From Sphaerodactylus townsendi (lineage: Eukaryota), in the NCBI RefSeq assembly GCF_021028975.2, contig NC_059427.1:107880001-107944000 (forward strand): a stretch of DNA of 64,000 nucleotides, given 5' to 3'. Shown piece after piece: positions 36,163 to 48,185 of the stretch. Each line of letters starts with the position of its first letter. Position 1 is the stretch's first letter. A model generated the notes under the pieces. It made no database searches, was not told where the DNA came from, and saw nothing but the letters and a program-made list of their open reading frames with translations. The position numbers were made by a program, and so were the translations under genes.

Positions 36163-38317
36163 AACAAGATCCACCAGACCACAGCCACACAGCCCAGAAA
36201 ACCCACAACAGTCCAGCAGGGATCTCTATAAGTCAGTTGTGATTTGATGGAGGGGAAAAATTACATTGTATGCATTTAGTGGGAGCAGGGATTTGTTGCG
36301 AGGAACCAAAATGGTGTGGAATCTGGTTGAATTAACTGAAAGGAACAGCAAAATTGAACTGAATTTAGCATCATCCCTTGGAACAGCTGAAATTCTTCAT
36401 CTTGTGATTGAGTGGCTTGCTGCATATCTCAGGGGTCTGCCTAGATCTACTTCTAGACTCCATCCAACCCCTACTTTTTGTTTCTTCATGAGAAGCAGTA
36501 CACCAAGCTATTCTGTGTAAAGATCTGACTGGATCTCTTGGTGTCAATGTTATTGTTGAAGCTACTATGCCTCCTCATCTAGCAGGGGGAGGGGGGAGAA
36601 AGCTGCCCCAGTTCCACAACCCTGATTCAAATGGGGGTCATGGTATTATGACTGTGTGTGAATATTAAAGCAGCAGGGAGATTGATTGTAAATTTCCCAT
36701 AACAGTCCTGTTAGGCTCAAGTTGGAGAATGAGACCTGAGATGGCAGAATGAATTGCACCATTTCAGCCTGGAGGTAATAAATCATGAAAGATTACATGT
36801 TGGAATGCTTCCCTGTATTTATAAACTCCCCACAGATGAGAAAAACAGGTTTTACCCCCTTCTTTGCTTGGTCTGCTTTCTCAATGGCAATGGATTTCTA
36901 TTTGCATGCGATTGTTAGTATGAAAGACTGTTGCAAGTTGGGAACCACCACCAGCGGTCTCAAGTGGCACTGTCCGTTCTTAATATCTCTGGACTTGACT
37001 TTGCCACCTCACACTTAAGGCCTGGTTGACACATGCATAAGAATATCTGCTTTTGATGCAATTACTTTCTGTCACTAGAATGATGGCAACAAATGTATGA
37101 AATACCATCATCCCAGTGATGAATGCCAGAGTGGCTGACTAGTGTGTGGGGGACCCAGGTTCAAATCCTGCTCACGACATGAAAGCTTGCTGTGTGATTT
37201 TGGACCAGTTTCACACTCAGCTGAACCTATCTTACAGGGTTGTTGTTAGGATAAAATGGAGGAGAGAAGAATGGTGTAAGCTGTTTTGGTCCCCATTTTG
37301 GAGAAAGTCTTGGTATTAATGAATTGGATAAGCAAACGAATGTTGTAGTGGGCCCATTCTACCAATACTGAGTGAAATACTTTCCTACAATTACAATCAA
37401 TTTCTTGTCATTGAGCATTATAAAAGGTGTCATAGATCTCTCCGTGAAAAATGTTAATTTATGGTTGGCTGCTGACTGTGGCTCCCATTGTAAGAATGTG
37501 TTGAGTTGACACAAAGTAGAAGGCAACAAGAATTAATTTCTTACTCTCTACGTTTGAGGGTTTTTTAATAATATTTCTTGATTTGGCTTCACTTGCATTT
37601 GGTTTCATATGCTTTAGAAATGCTTTCTCTCTGCAATGGCATTTGTTATAGAAAACAAGTTGTGCATTTATCCCCACAGCCAAAACCGAAAGATGCTACC
37701 TACTAAATTACTAGTATCCACCAATGTTGATCACTGATGTACTGAATCCAAGTATGGCAATAACTTGCAGCATCCTGGTTAAATTCAGGCCAAAACTTAC
37801 TGTAGTTTGTTTCAGTTCTGCCTGTGTCACAACACTAATCTTCCAGTTTACACTCAGGTGCACATCTCCACTTTTCCGTGGAAGTTTCCTGCGTGACTTC
37901 AGACCAGTCACATGTTCTCAGCCTTACCTAATTCACAGGGTTGCTGTGAGGATAAAATGGAACAAGTGGGAATGATGTAAGCCATAGATCCCAGTTGGGG
38001 AGAAAAGTGTGATATAAATGAAGGAATGTTCTTCAAAGAATCCTGGGTTTCAGTGTCTTATGCCAAAAGGTGGGGGGAGCTCAAGTGGATTATGAATGTG
38101 TCTTTATTTCTGTGAAATTTTAACAAGCTGAGATAAATGAGCACCCAGGTAAAACTGTTTATAGTTGCCATTAAAAAATCAGATAATGGGAAAGAAGTTG
38201 CATCAGACCTTGGTTTGCAACAGTTGTGAGAAAGGTTGTGTATATAATGAAACACCAAATCCTGCCCAAGGAAATGGGAAAGTGAAGTTTAAATTGTGGA
38301 GGATCATTGTTCTAAAC

Positions 38318-38465
38318 CAGAGGTCTGCAACCCGCGGCTCTCCAGATGTTCATGGACTATAAATCCCATCAGCCCCTGCCACCATGGTCAATTGGCCATG
38401 CTGGCAGGGGCTGATGAGAATTGTAGTCCATGAACATCTAGAGAGCCGCAGGTTGCAGACCCCTG
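38318..38465. mobile_element. Fully palindromic hAT MITE in PRDX2 intron 1
   Basis: CAGAGGTCTGCAACC...GGTTGCAGACCCCTG; TSD TTCTAAAC/TGCTAAAC. Confidence 0.85.
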
Positions 38466-40413
38466 TGCTAAACCTTTTGTTAAGATGCTCCCTGTGAGAA
38501 ACAAGCTTATGAATCTCAGGCTAATTGAAATAGTGTTTGGGAAAAAGCAGGCTACCACCAAAACAACTTGCTAGGTTGCCTGTGTTTCTGCTCAAGGCTG
38601 GTTCTTCTGTGTAAGGTTAATTAAGTGCTAATTTAAACTGAACAGCAACAAAGATGTTAGGACTGCTTGTACCCAGAAGCTGTATGATTCAGCTTAGAAA
38701 TGAGAGTGTAGGGCTGTTTGGTGTATCACTTCTCACGGATTGCCTTCAGTCAACAGATTATACTCCATAGCTTATTTAGCTGACTCTCATGTGACTGAGG
38801 ATTTATGCAGGGTCAGGGGAGGCTGCTTTTTTTTTTCCAGAAGAAACCACTTATCAGTTTTTTCTGCTTCTAGTTTAGGCTGGTGTTCATGAAAAGCTGT
38901 AGGCTCAGATAATCAGAATCCTTAATGTGACAAAAGGAAGACATAATTGTTTATTCCTCCATGGCAGGGAATTGGACTTGATGGCCCTCGTGATCTCTTC
39001 CAACTCTTTGATTCTGTGAAATTGGATAGGCAGCTGCAGCCAATTTAGCAGTAACTCCATAATCAAACTTACAATATCTTCTCTTTAGATAATGATTTTA
39101 TCAGACTGTAGGTTAGGAAACATTGAATTTTACTTCTAGATCTAACAGCTTTTTGTTTAAAAAACCTGAACTTTAGAATATGTCCAGAAAACATAAAACA
39201 AATATGTTGATAAGTCCAAAGGAGTTCTATATATGAAGGCTTGTTCGAAAACTAAAACGCTGTGGCGGAGGGGACAACCCTATGGAAACTATGGAACTGT
39301 ACAACCTCAAGTCTCCAAGCCATTCTGTTTCAGTTGGACCCACTGGATCTTCCTACTTTCTTGTTTATTTTAATAGACCATCTAAAATTGATAACAATTA
39401 ATATATTTTAGTAGTGGTTCTAGATGACTGACTACCACTTGGAATTCAAGAATGTTTCACTTTCCTTTACTAAATTGCTCACTATAGTTCTAATTTGAAA
39501 ACACAAAGGCCTTTATTCCCTCTGTTTTGTGACCAGTTTCATCATAAGTAGCAACCTGTTGCTATTCTCACAGTTCCTGTACAGTACCTAATTTATTTTG
39601 CAAACAGTACAGACAATAAAGAAAAAATGATTATAGAAAGCAGATGACCAGAGGAAAAGACAAGGACTGGGGGATTGTTAGCCTGATAGCCATTGAAGTA
39701 AAATAGAATTTATTATTAGCATATTTTAATGCCTGTTCGTCAAACCAAATTTGATATTTCAGTCTCTGGCATTTGCTTAATGAGAGTTCCAAAAGTATTT
39801 TATTGCATACTAGCCACTATTTTAGAACGAGTCCTGTTGTTTTCTAGCACTGTTTTAAGAAATGCCTTTTTATCATAATCTATAACGCTAGTTCAGTGGT
39901 TAATATACTTAGTTTATTTTTTATCTTGCCTTTCTTCCAAGGAATTTGACTTGGCATCCATTATTTTCCCCCTCCTCCATTTTATCCTCATAACAAATCT
40001 GTAAGTAAATTTAGTTCAGAGAGCGTGATTCACCCATGGTCACCTCGTGAACTTCATGGGGGGGAAGGGGCTTGAATTTGAGTCTCAGATCATTGTACCA
40101 TGCTGGTTCTAGTAGCTGTGTGACAACTGAGAAAAACAGTTGTCAAAAAGTGTTTGGTCCTTTATTCATGATTTATAAATAAAGAGGTATTCTGTATTCA
40201 TGTATACATGTATGCTATTCTTACTATTTCTGCTTTTGAAATGTATATAGATTCTGGGGGGTGATAAATCCATAAAGTCAGGAATAAGTTTCAGAATCTG
40301 TTCCATTGTATTTCAAGAATTCTATATTTATATGTGGTGTTATTTCTATGGAGTTCTTTGCTTCTTGGCTGTAGTAGATCTGCTAGACATTGTACTGTTT
40401 GCTATTTCAGAAA

Positions 40414-40516
40414 ATGTCTTCTGGTAATGCTCACATTGGGAAGCCAGCTCCAGATTTCACTGCCACAGCTGTGGTGAATGGAGCCTTCAAGGAACTAAAG
40501 TTGTCAGACTACAAAG
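40414..40516 (+). CDS. PRDX2: PRDX2 first coding exon ([15 protein letters not shown]...DYK)
   Basis: tttcag acceptor, gtaaaa donor. Confidence 0.95.
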
Positions 40517-43500
40517 GTAAAACGCCCCTCTGTTTTTATTGTCTAACAGCATGTTCTTTGTTACTTCAGTATTGTAAGGTAGAAAGACAGGATATCAATT
40601 TAGTGGTTGCCCTGGTCTCTGTCAGAGAAGGACTAGAATCTGAGGTAGGGATATGAAGGCCCTGCAGAAAAAAGCCCCCACCCCATGACTTTTCCCCATT
40701 TTTTCTGATGGACAAATTGGAAGATTTGGAGAAAGGGATTGGGGGCACGACGACCTATGAATGTAATTTTGTTTGGGAATGAGTGAAACGTTCCAAAGTA
40801 CGGTACATCAACATGTAATTTATAGTAGCAGCTTCCATGGTATTCTCTTAAATTTTATAAATATACCAATTAATAGCAATTCTAAATGGTTATTAAATTA
40901 TAAATGATCCATTTTATGTTAAAACAGCAAAACACATGTAGGTTTTATAGGGAAGTATTTCACATATTGTATTGTTGAATACTTTCATAACCTTAATCAG
41001 CTGGCTGTTATGGGGTTTCCATGCTGTCTGGCCATGCTCTGGTAGTTTTACCTTCTAATGTTTTGCCTTCATCTGTAGCTGGCATCTTCAGAGGCGTGTC
41101 ATGGTAAGATATATTTCTCTGTGACAGAGAGAAATGCATCTTATTGTGACATGCCATTGAAGGTAACAGACACAGATGCTGACAAAAAGTTCAGAGCTAA
41201 AACTACCAGAGCATGGTCATACAGCCTGGAAAAGCCAGAACAGTCTGTTGTAGCTTCAATATTCTGAAAATCCTACATCTGTAGTCTCAGGCAACTAAGA
41301 GCTTTCCTGTGACCCTTATCATATCGGGTTTCTAACTTTTGAGCACCAGGAGTATTCCCAATGTCAACCAGAAATCTCTTGTCTCCAATTTCCATGGTTT
41401 ACATTGTGTCTAATGTGTATGTTCTGTTCTGATGAGGTGCAGGCGAGGCTGTGGATTTGGTATAGTCAGGGTACTTTTGAATATTTTGCATGTAGAATAG
41501 CTTTCTACATAAATACCTCAGAGATGCTAAGCAGATTTGGCTTCTGGATCAAAGAACTTGGGACTTTTTTTGATTAATGTACTTTCTTCACTTAGGCAAA
41601 TATTTGGTTTTCTTCTTCTACCCCCTGGATTTCACCTTTGTCTGTCCCACGGAGATCACAACCTTCAGCGATCGAGTTGAAGAGTTCCGCAAGATCAACT
41701 GTGAAGTTGTTGCTGCCTCTGTCGACTCCCACTTCACCCATCTGGCTTGGTAAGACTCCTAGCATTGAAATATTGGTATTTGTGTCCATCATGCTGGAGG
41801 CTGATGACAAACGCTGGTTAAGAAAATGAGGGTTAGGAGCAAACTGCAAGCACTGGCACATCTTGAAGAGGATGGTTATTTGGTCTAGTAGTCTCAAGAA
41901 GATTTCTAGCTGCCTTTAAAGTACTGGTTTTGATATGGCCTCTGGCCATGCATATCCATAAACAAGAAGGCATCTTATGCTCTAGAGCTGGATTTCAGAC
42001 TCTTAGACCATTGGAGGGATATCTTATGTGACGCAGAATAGGGAAGGAGCATCTTTTCTGAGCAGCCTTGCTACTAGACTCTCCTTTTTCTTTCCATGTA
42101 ACAACCTCCCCAACCTTCTCTTCATGTGTTTTTCTTCATGTGTGTAAGAAAGCCCTGACTTGGTGAGCATGAATAACCAATGGCTAAAAGCTGCATGTAC
42201 AGCAAATAAAGTTTAGGCTCTGCTTGGATAGAGGACTGGAGTTGCTGCCTCATTCACTAGTGGTGTCCATAGATTTAACGCTGGGAGGCAACAAGACAGG
42301 AATCGGGGGGTAGAAGGGTGTGGAGGTCCTCCACCAGTCTTATCTAGCAAAGCCTGCCTGTTAGAGCTTGATCAACTATCTTGTTTGTCACAGGCAGAGC
42401 AGTTGGTGCCTAACTAACGTTGTGACTAAACAAGCATGGAGGACAAACCTTTTCCTCCTTGTGGTAAAGAAACAAGTTGTAATGGATCAAGGAGACATCC
42501 ATTTGTGTGCCTTAGGTAAAATTTTCTAGTGAGGGAAGACTGCCTGGCACCCGTGCCAGCTGTGCTTCAGTCTGGATGTCTATTTAATATAAGCAAAGAG
42601 GAAGATGCAAAATTATTGATTAAACTATTTCTAATTAAAAAATGTGGCTGAATCAGATCTGTGGTTTGCATATTTAGTGGGAACTAAATGAGATGGTTTC
42701 TACGGATGGAAATAGAAACACACCTTTATAGATGCTAAATGGTGATTTTTTTTAATAGGATCAGTACCCCAAGGAAGGAGGGGGGCTTGGGTCCCACAGG
42801 TATCCCGCTTGTGGCTGACATCAACCACAGTATCGCCAAGGACTATGGAGTGCTCAAAGAGGATGATGGCATTGCATACAGGTAAGAAGGTCTTAAGATC
42901 TAGTTCTAATGAATTAATTAAGTTGTGGCCAATAGTGCTTTGATGGGTGTGAACCTCTTTACTTTTCAGTAGCAAAGTAGCATGCTGGCTGATTCAAAAT
43001 CTTTGCTTAGAACCTATATGCAGTTCTACAAATCTCACAGTCTGCTTGCAGCTTGTAAGGGTTTATTTGTCCAGAGCTGCTTTATGCCTAACTTAGGTTT
43101 TTTTTTTAACCAGCATGGCCAATCTTGCCGATCTCAGCCAATCCAAACAGTGGTATCATGGGCAATAGAATATATTCAGAGTTCAGTTGGTGTGGAATCT
43201 TGTCCTTAATTCATATAGTTTTGGGGTATTCAAGAAGCAGTTGGTCTTCTCTCTGAGAAACTACTTGACTTTGCCTCTCCCTTTATCCTTGCCCAGTCCT
43301 TCCCCTTTAATTTGCAATATTCATACCTTCCAATGTTCAAAACTTCCACAGTCTAAATTTGCCCATGATGCCAGCTAAAGGATCCACTCAAGGCAGTGAA
43401 GAGGCCAGAGATAGACTCTAAGATTCAGTGCTGTGAATTGTTCCCCCTCGTTTGCTGTGGTCTTGGCCCCTTGTAAGAGGTTTGAATTAATTATGCGTAT

Positions 43501-46239
43501 TTCCCTTTTTACTCCAGGGGTCTCTTCATTATTGATGACAAAGGCATTGTGCGGCAGATCACAGTAAATGATCTTCCTGTGGGACGCTCAGTAGATGAGA
43601 CATTGCGCCTGGTGCAGGCCTTCCAATTTACAGACCAGCATGGCGAAGGTAAGGGACAAGACCTTTCAACAGACTTGAGATAACTTGGGGTAGGGAAATG
43701 GGCTCTGTAATCTCTTGTCTTGTATTAGTGGCTCATTCAGATGTGTATTTTCCTTCAGGATTGCCCCTTCTATTAGCTCTTCAAGGTATAGGAGCTTCTA
43801 GTCAACCCAGAGGCGTAACTAGGGGAAATGGAGCCTGGTGCAAAATCTGCGTCTCACAGACCTTGGGGAATTCTTATGCCAATCTGATTCTTCCTGCTGT
43901 TGTTGCGGTCACCCATGTATTTCTGTGTATTATCTCTTAATCTCTTAGCCAGTATTCTTGCTCTCTGTACATTTCATCCCCATTCTTCAGCAGTAACATA
44001 TAGCTTGTCCTGCCCTTTGGTACTATGAGGCTTTGTTAAAGGTGTCTTCTCTTCAATTACCTCCTGACTTCCCTGTCATTTCTTTGAGCCTGTCTCTTCC
44101 CCCATTTCATGTCCCCCCCTTTTTTATCTTAGCTTCCCTACCTCCATAAAGTTTGGCCTTGCTTTGCCCAATCAGTGCCTCCCCCCACCCCCAGTCAATT
44201 AATCTTGTCTGTTAGCCAAACTAGTAATGAATAGTGAATGGCATTGGTCAACTTGGCTACTGTACTGTAGATTTTAGGATCAGATTAGAATCTGGGAGGC
44301 TTGAGGCTCAAATCCTTCTCTTTATCAATAGATTTTACCATGTGACCTTAAACCACTCATTCTCTCAGCACAGTCTACCTCACAGGGTGGCTATGAGGTT
44401 AAAACCAAGAATGGAGAGCTGTGTATTTCACCCTGAACTCTTTGAAGAAGAGTGGGATATAAATGTTCAGCAGAGATTGCTGCCAGAAAACCCTTTGGCA
44501 CGTAACAGTATGGCTTGCCAGAGACTGGTAGGGAAGTGAAAAAGCCAAGTGGCTCCTATGAAATGTCTACTAATCTGTGGATACACAACATGCATCGATT
44601 CTTATTCAGTTAAGTACGTGTTCGTATGTGTGAAGTGCCATCAAGTTGCTTCCATTCTCTTTCTCCATATTCTGTCTTAATAGTAGCCTTTTGTCCAGAG
44701 TATGGGTTGCATAGTAGCACACCAATTTCCTTTAAAAACAGCCATAGCTTTCCATGATCCAAACAGTCAAAAGCAATGCTGTAATCTATGACACAAAAGC
44801 CAATTTTCTTCTGAAATTCTCTCATATGCTCTGATAACCAGCATAAATTTGCATTATGAGCTCTATTGCGTCTTCCTTTTCTGAATCCAGCTTGAACATC
44901 AGACATTTCCCATTGTAAGAATGTGAGTATCACTTCACTCATGTGAGAAATTAATGCAGTGGTCTTACAGTTGCAATCTTTGATGTCTACTTTTGCGGGG
45001 AATTGGAATGTAAATTGGCCCTTTCCAGTCTGTGGGCCATTGTTTTGTTTTCCATATTTGTTTGCATGTTCTTGTCAAGATTTTAATTGATTCAGTTTCT
45101 GCACCTTGGAATAGCTCTATTGATAGGCCGTCTGCTCGTGGTGATTTGTTTCTCCCAGTTAATCTCAGTGTAGCTTTGCCTTTACTTTCTAAAACTGTAG
45201 GTCCAATGGCCTAAATAGGTTTCTCTCCTCACAATGTTCAATCCTGTAGCTGCCACCAAACATAATGACCCTTCCACACGCAGCACCAAAAGCAGTGCCT
45301 GCTCTTTTAAAAATAAATAAATATATAATAAGTGCCAATTAATATTTGTTCCCTTAATTCTTCCCCAGATGGTAGCTGCCACCAGGAATACTTTTTTAAA
45401 AACTTTATCTCCGTATAGTAGTATGTATGAGCTTATAAGGCAAAGTGGTTACTTATATGGTCCTAAGGAAAATAGGGAGGTTGTTGTGGGCTTTCCGGGC
45501 TGTGTGGCCGTGGTCTGGTAGATTTTGTTCCTAACATTTTGCCTGCATCTGTGGCCGGCATCTTCGGAGGTGTATCACCGAGAGAAGTGTGTTACACACT
45601 GGGTCCAGTGTGTTACACACTTCTCTCTGTGATACACCTCTGAAGATGCCGGCCACAGATGCAGGCAAAACATTAGGAACAAGATCTACCAGACCACGGC
45701 CACACAGTCCGGAAAACCCACAACAACCAGTTGAATCCAGCCATGAAAGCCTTCTACAAAATAGGGTGGGATTTCAATGTTTCTTCAAACAAAAACTGAT
45801 AGGTAACTTCAAGGTTTCAAGCAAAATATTTACAACATAAGGTAAAATAGGACTGAGACAACAAATACTTTGCAGACTTCACTCAACATAAATTCACTGA
45901 CTTTATGACAGCTTCTCCATCATAGGTCAATTCTGCACAACATAAATGAAACATTGTAAGGCTGAAATGTAAACGTTGGAACTCTGCACAGCTTCTGTTT
46001 TAAAAATGTATTTTTAATTTTTTTCCTATAACATTTTATTTCAAAACTGCATTCTAGCATTTCTTTTTTCCTGAAACATTTTCCAGGTGTTCCCTACTTG
46101 CCTGTGCAAAAAGCAGCACTTGCTTTAACATTTCCCCTTTGCTTTTTTTACAGTGTGTCCAGCTGGCTGGCAACCTGGTGGTGACACCATCAAGCCCACT
46201 GTGAAGGACAGCAAGGAATACTTTGCCAAGCAGCAATAG
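40414..46239 (+). CDS. PRDX2: Peroxiredoxin-2 (typical 2-Cys Prx), 198 aa; join(40414..40516,41596..41749,42759..42881,43518..43648,46154..46239)
   Basis: Five GT-AG coding exons total 597 nt. Peroxidatic [18 protein letters not shown], resolving GEVCPAGW and C-terminal YF motifs are present. The gene sits between RNASEH2A and JUNB, the PRDX2 position. Confidence 0.95.
41001..41250. mobile_element. Older inverted (fold-back) pair of Penelope pLTR fragments in PRDX2 intron 2
   Basis: The left arm is the reverse complement of the pLTR (GCTGGCATCTTCAGAGG); the right arm is a degenerate forward copy; centre near 41123. Confidence 0.7.
41596..41749 (+). CDS. PRDX2: PRDX2 coding exon with peroxidatic Cys
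   Basis: [20 protein letters not shown]...HLAW; GT-AG. Confidence 0.95.
42759..42881 (+). CDS. PRDX2: PRDX2 coding exon (GGLG motif)
   Basis: [11 protein letters not shown]...GIAYR; GT-AG. Confidence 0.95.
43518..43648 (+). CDS. PRDX2: PRDX2 coding exon (GLFIIDDKG...DQHGE)
   Basis: GT-AG, phase matches. Confidence 0.95.
44610..45200 (-). mobile_element. RTE/Bov-B LINE reverse transcriptase fragment in PRDX2 intron 5
   Basis: ORF 44610..44942(-) [53 protein letters not shown] resembles Bov-B RT ([38 protein letters not shown]). Confidence 0.8.
45479..45760. mobile_element. Near-perfect inverted pair of Penelope pLTR fragments in PRDX2 intron 5
   Basis: Arms 45479-45602 and 45605-45728 are reverse complements with 8 mismatches; the right arm continues to GAAAGCCTTCTACAA. 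Confidence 0.85.
46154..46239 (+). CDS. PRDX2: PRDX2 last coding exon (VCPAGW...EYFAKQQ*)
   Basis: ttttacag acceptor, TAG stop. Confidence 0.95.
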
Positions 46240-46434
46240 GCCTCTTGTGTTGCGTGTCCACAGAGCTACTGAGAGAATCTGTTCAAATGTGAAAGGGTAT
46301 TGGATACTGAATCTTCCACTCCAGCTTCTAGAAGAGTTCATGCTGGGGTGTTGAGCTACAAAAGTTTCCCATGAGTAGTTCATAGAACTAGCTTGAATGT
46401 AAGTCTGTATAGAGAATTCGATGTTCATGCCTCC

Positions 46435-46440
46435 AATAAA
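46435..46440 (+). terminator. PRDX2 polyadenylation signal AATAAA
   Basis: Canonical hexamer about 195 nt after the stop, followed by GT-rich tttgtggtgttg. Confidence 0.8.
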
Positions 46441-47764
46441 GACATTGATCAAAATAAGCTTTGTGGTGTTGCTGCTGGACCCTTCTACTGCTAACTAAAT
46501 GTTTGGCTCACCTTGAGGTACAGGATAGCCCTGGGTTTAACTTTTGTGCCTGCATGATCCAGTGGTTGGTGCTGTTTGTGTGATGAATGCTAGTAGAACT
46601 GTAAGATTCTCCAGAGTTAACATTTCTTGTACATTTCACAGGGAAACCTGGTATAAGACATTAAGTGGTGCATGAAGTTTTGTTGAACTTTGCCGTTGGC
46701 ATTGAGGAAATAAGAGACATGGAGGGATGTTTTGTAATCATCTTCCAGCACTTGCTTCTGAGGCAGATTTGAAGAGAGGGCGAGTGGTGGTTCTGCTTAC
46801 TGAAAAGGGAAATGGTGCCTGAAGCAGGAATGCTTTCCTGCAGGAAGTCTGTCAGCTCACTGCATAGCACCATTGAAGTTCTGGTTCACCCAACATTCAG
46901 AGGTTGTCCCTTTTCTTTGGTGATGCTCAGTGCTATTTGCACATAATTTTGGCTTCCCTCAAGTAAAACGAACAAGGAGAAAGAGGTTTTGGTTAATGTG
47001 AAAGCAAAGCTAATACCATGTCCTTAGCTTCTTGACTATAGTTAAGTTTGTCACATACTCCCTTGTACAAAGCCAAACATACACTACTGCCTGCCAGATA
47101 TTGAACATGCTTGGATCTGAACTTACCTCTTTGGATTTCCTGCACAGAAAGCTACATGCATTTGATTGATCTCCCATCCAGGAAACATGCTTGTTAGCCA
47201 GCTCTATCTCAGCAGTCCTTTTGTGCAAAAAGGTACAAATCAGTTGCTGTTCAGTCTTACCATGTTTTTACACTAGTGGTCATACTTCAAGAAAGAAACA
47301 TTTTTGATCACTGCTAGGTTTAGAATTGTCTAGCTACCTCATGGAGGAGCATCTGCTTCCTTATACTGCCCTTCTCCCACTTGTTAGAAAAGTACCCATA
47401 TTTTGCCACTAGGGGATACTATAGCTGTATTTATGTAGATTTTAGATTTATATTGCACCCCTCCCCCTCTACAGTGGAGGCTGGCCGCTGCTGAAAAGCG
47501 TCGTCTTTGGAACCATGCTTGATACATCCTGTGCTAGTGGAAAGTGGCAGGTTAGTGCTAAACTGAGTCACTTGGGGTCAAACCCACAGCCAGATTTTTT
47601 TTTTTAAATGATGAAAGTGTGGGAATAACTGCAGATCATAATAGTGGGAATCATAATATTTTAACGTTAATTCAGCATAGTGAAGATCAATATAACTATT
47701 TTAATTTTAAAAATAAGGGTCTGTTTCATCTTAAAAGCTTGAATATCCCATTACACTATACTTT

Positions 47765-48185
47765 AGAACATAAGAAAGAGCCTGCTGGATCAGACCAAAG
47801 TGCATCTAGTCCAGCACTCTCCTACTTGCAGTGGCCCACCAGATGCTTTGGGAGCGCACATGCAGGATGTGAAAGCAATGGCCTGCTGCTGCTGCTGCTC
47901 CCGAGCACCTGGTCTGCTAAGGCACAGGTGTCAAACTCACGGCCCTCCAGATGTTAAGGACTACAGTTCCTATCATGATGGGAACTGTAGTCCATAACAT
48001 CTGGAGGGCCGCGAGTTTGACATCTATGTGCTAAGGTATTTGCAATCTCAGATCAAGGAGGATCAAGATTGGTAGCCATAGATCGACTTCTCCTCCATAA
48101 ATCTATCCAAGCCCCTTTTACAGCTATCCAGGTTAGTGGCCATCACCACCTCCTGTGGCAGCATATTCCAAACACCAATCACACG
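47765..48185 (-). mobile_element. CR1-type LINE 3' end with nested MITE
   Basis: Close match to 1783-2047. Confidence 0.6.
47923..48028. mobile_element. 106-bp palindromic hAT MITE
   Basis: CACAGGTGTCAAACTC / GAGTTTGACATCTATG termini; perfect TSD TGCTAAGG. Confidence 0.85.

Noticed and set aside
45637-45677. Third functional hammerhead in PRDX2 intron 5
   Set aside because: The GAAA box is mutated to AAAA (catalytic G12 lost), and the motif would be sequestered in the long hairpin
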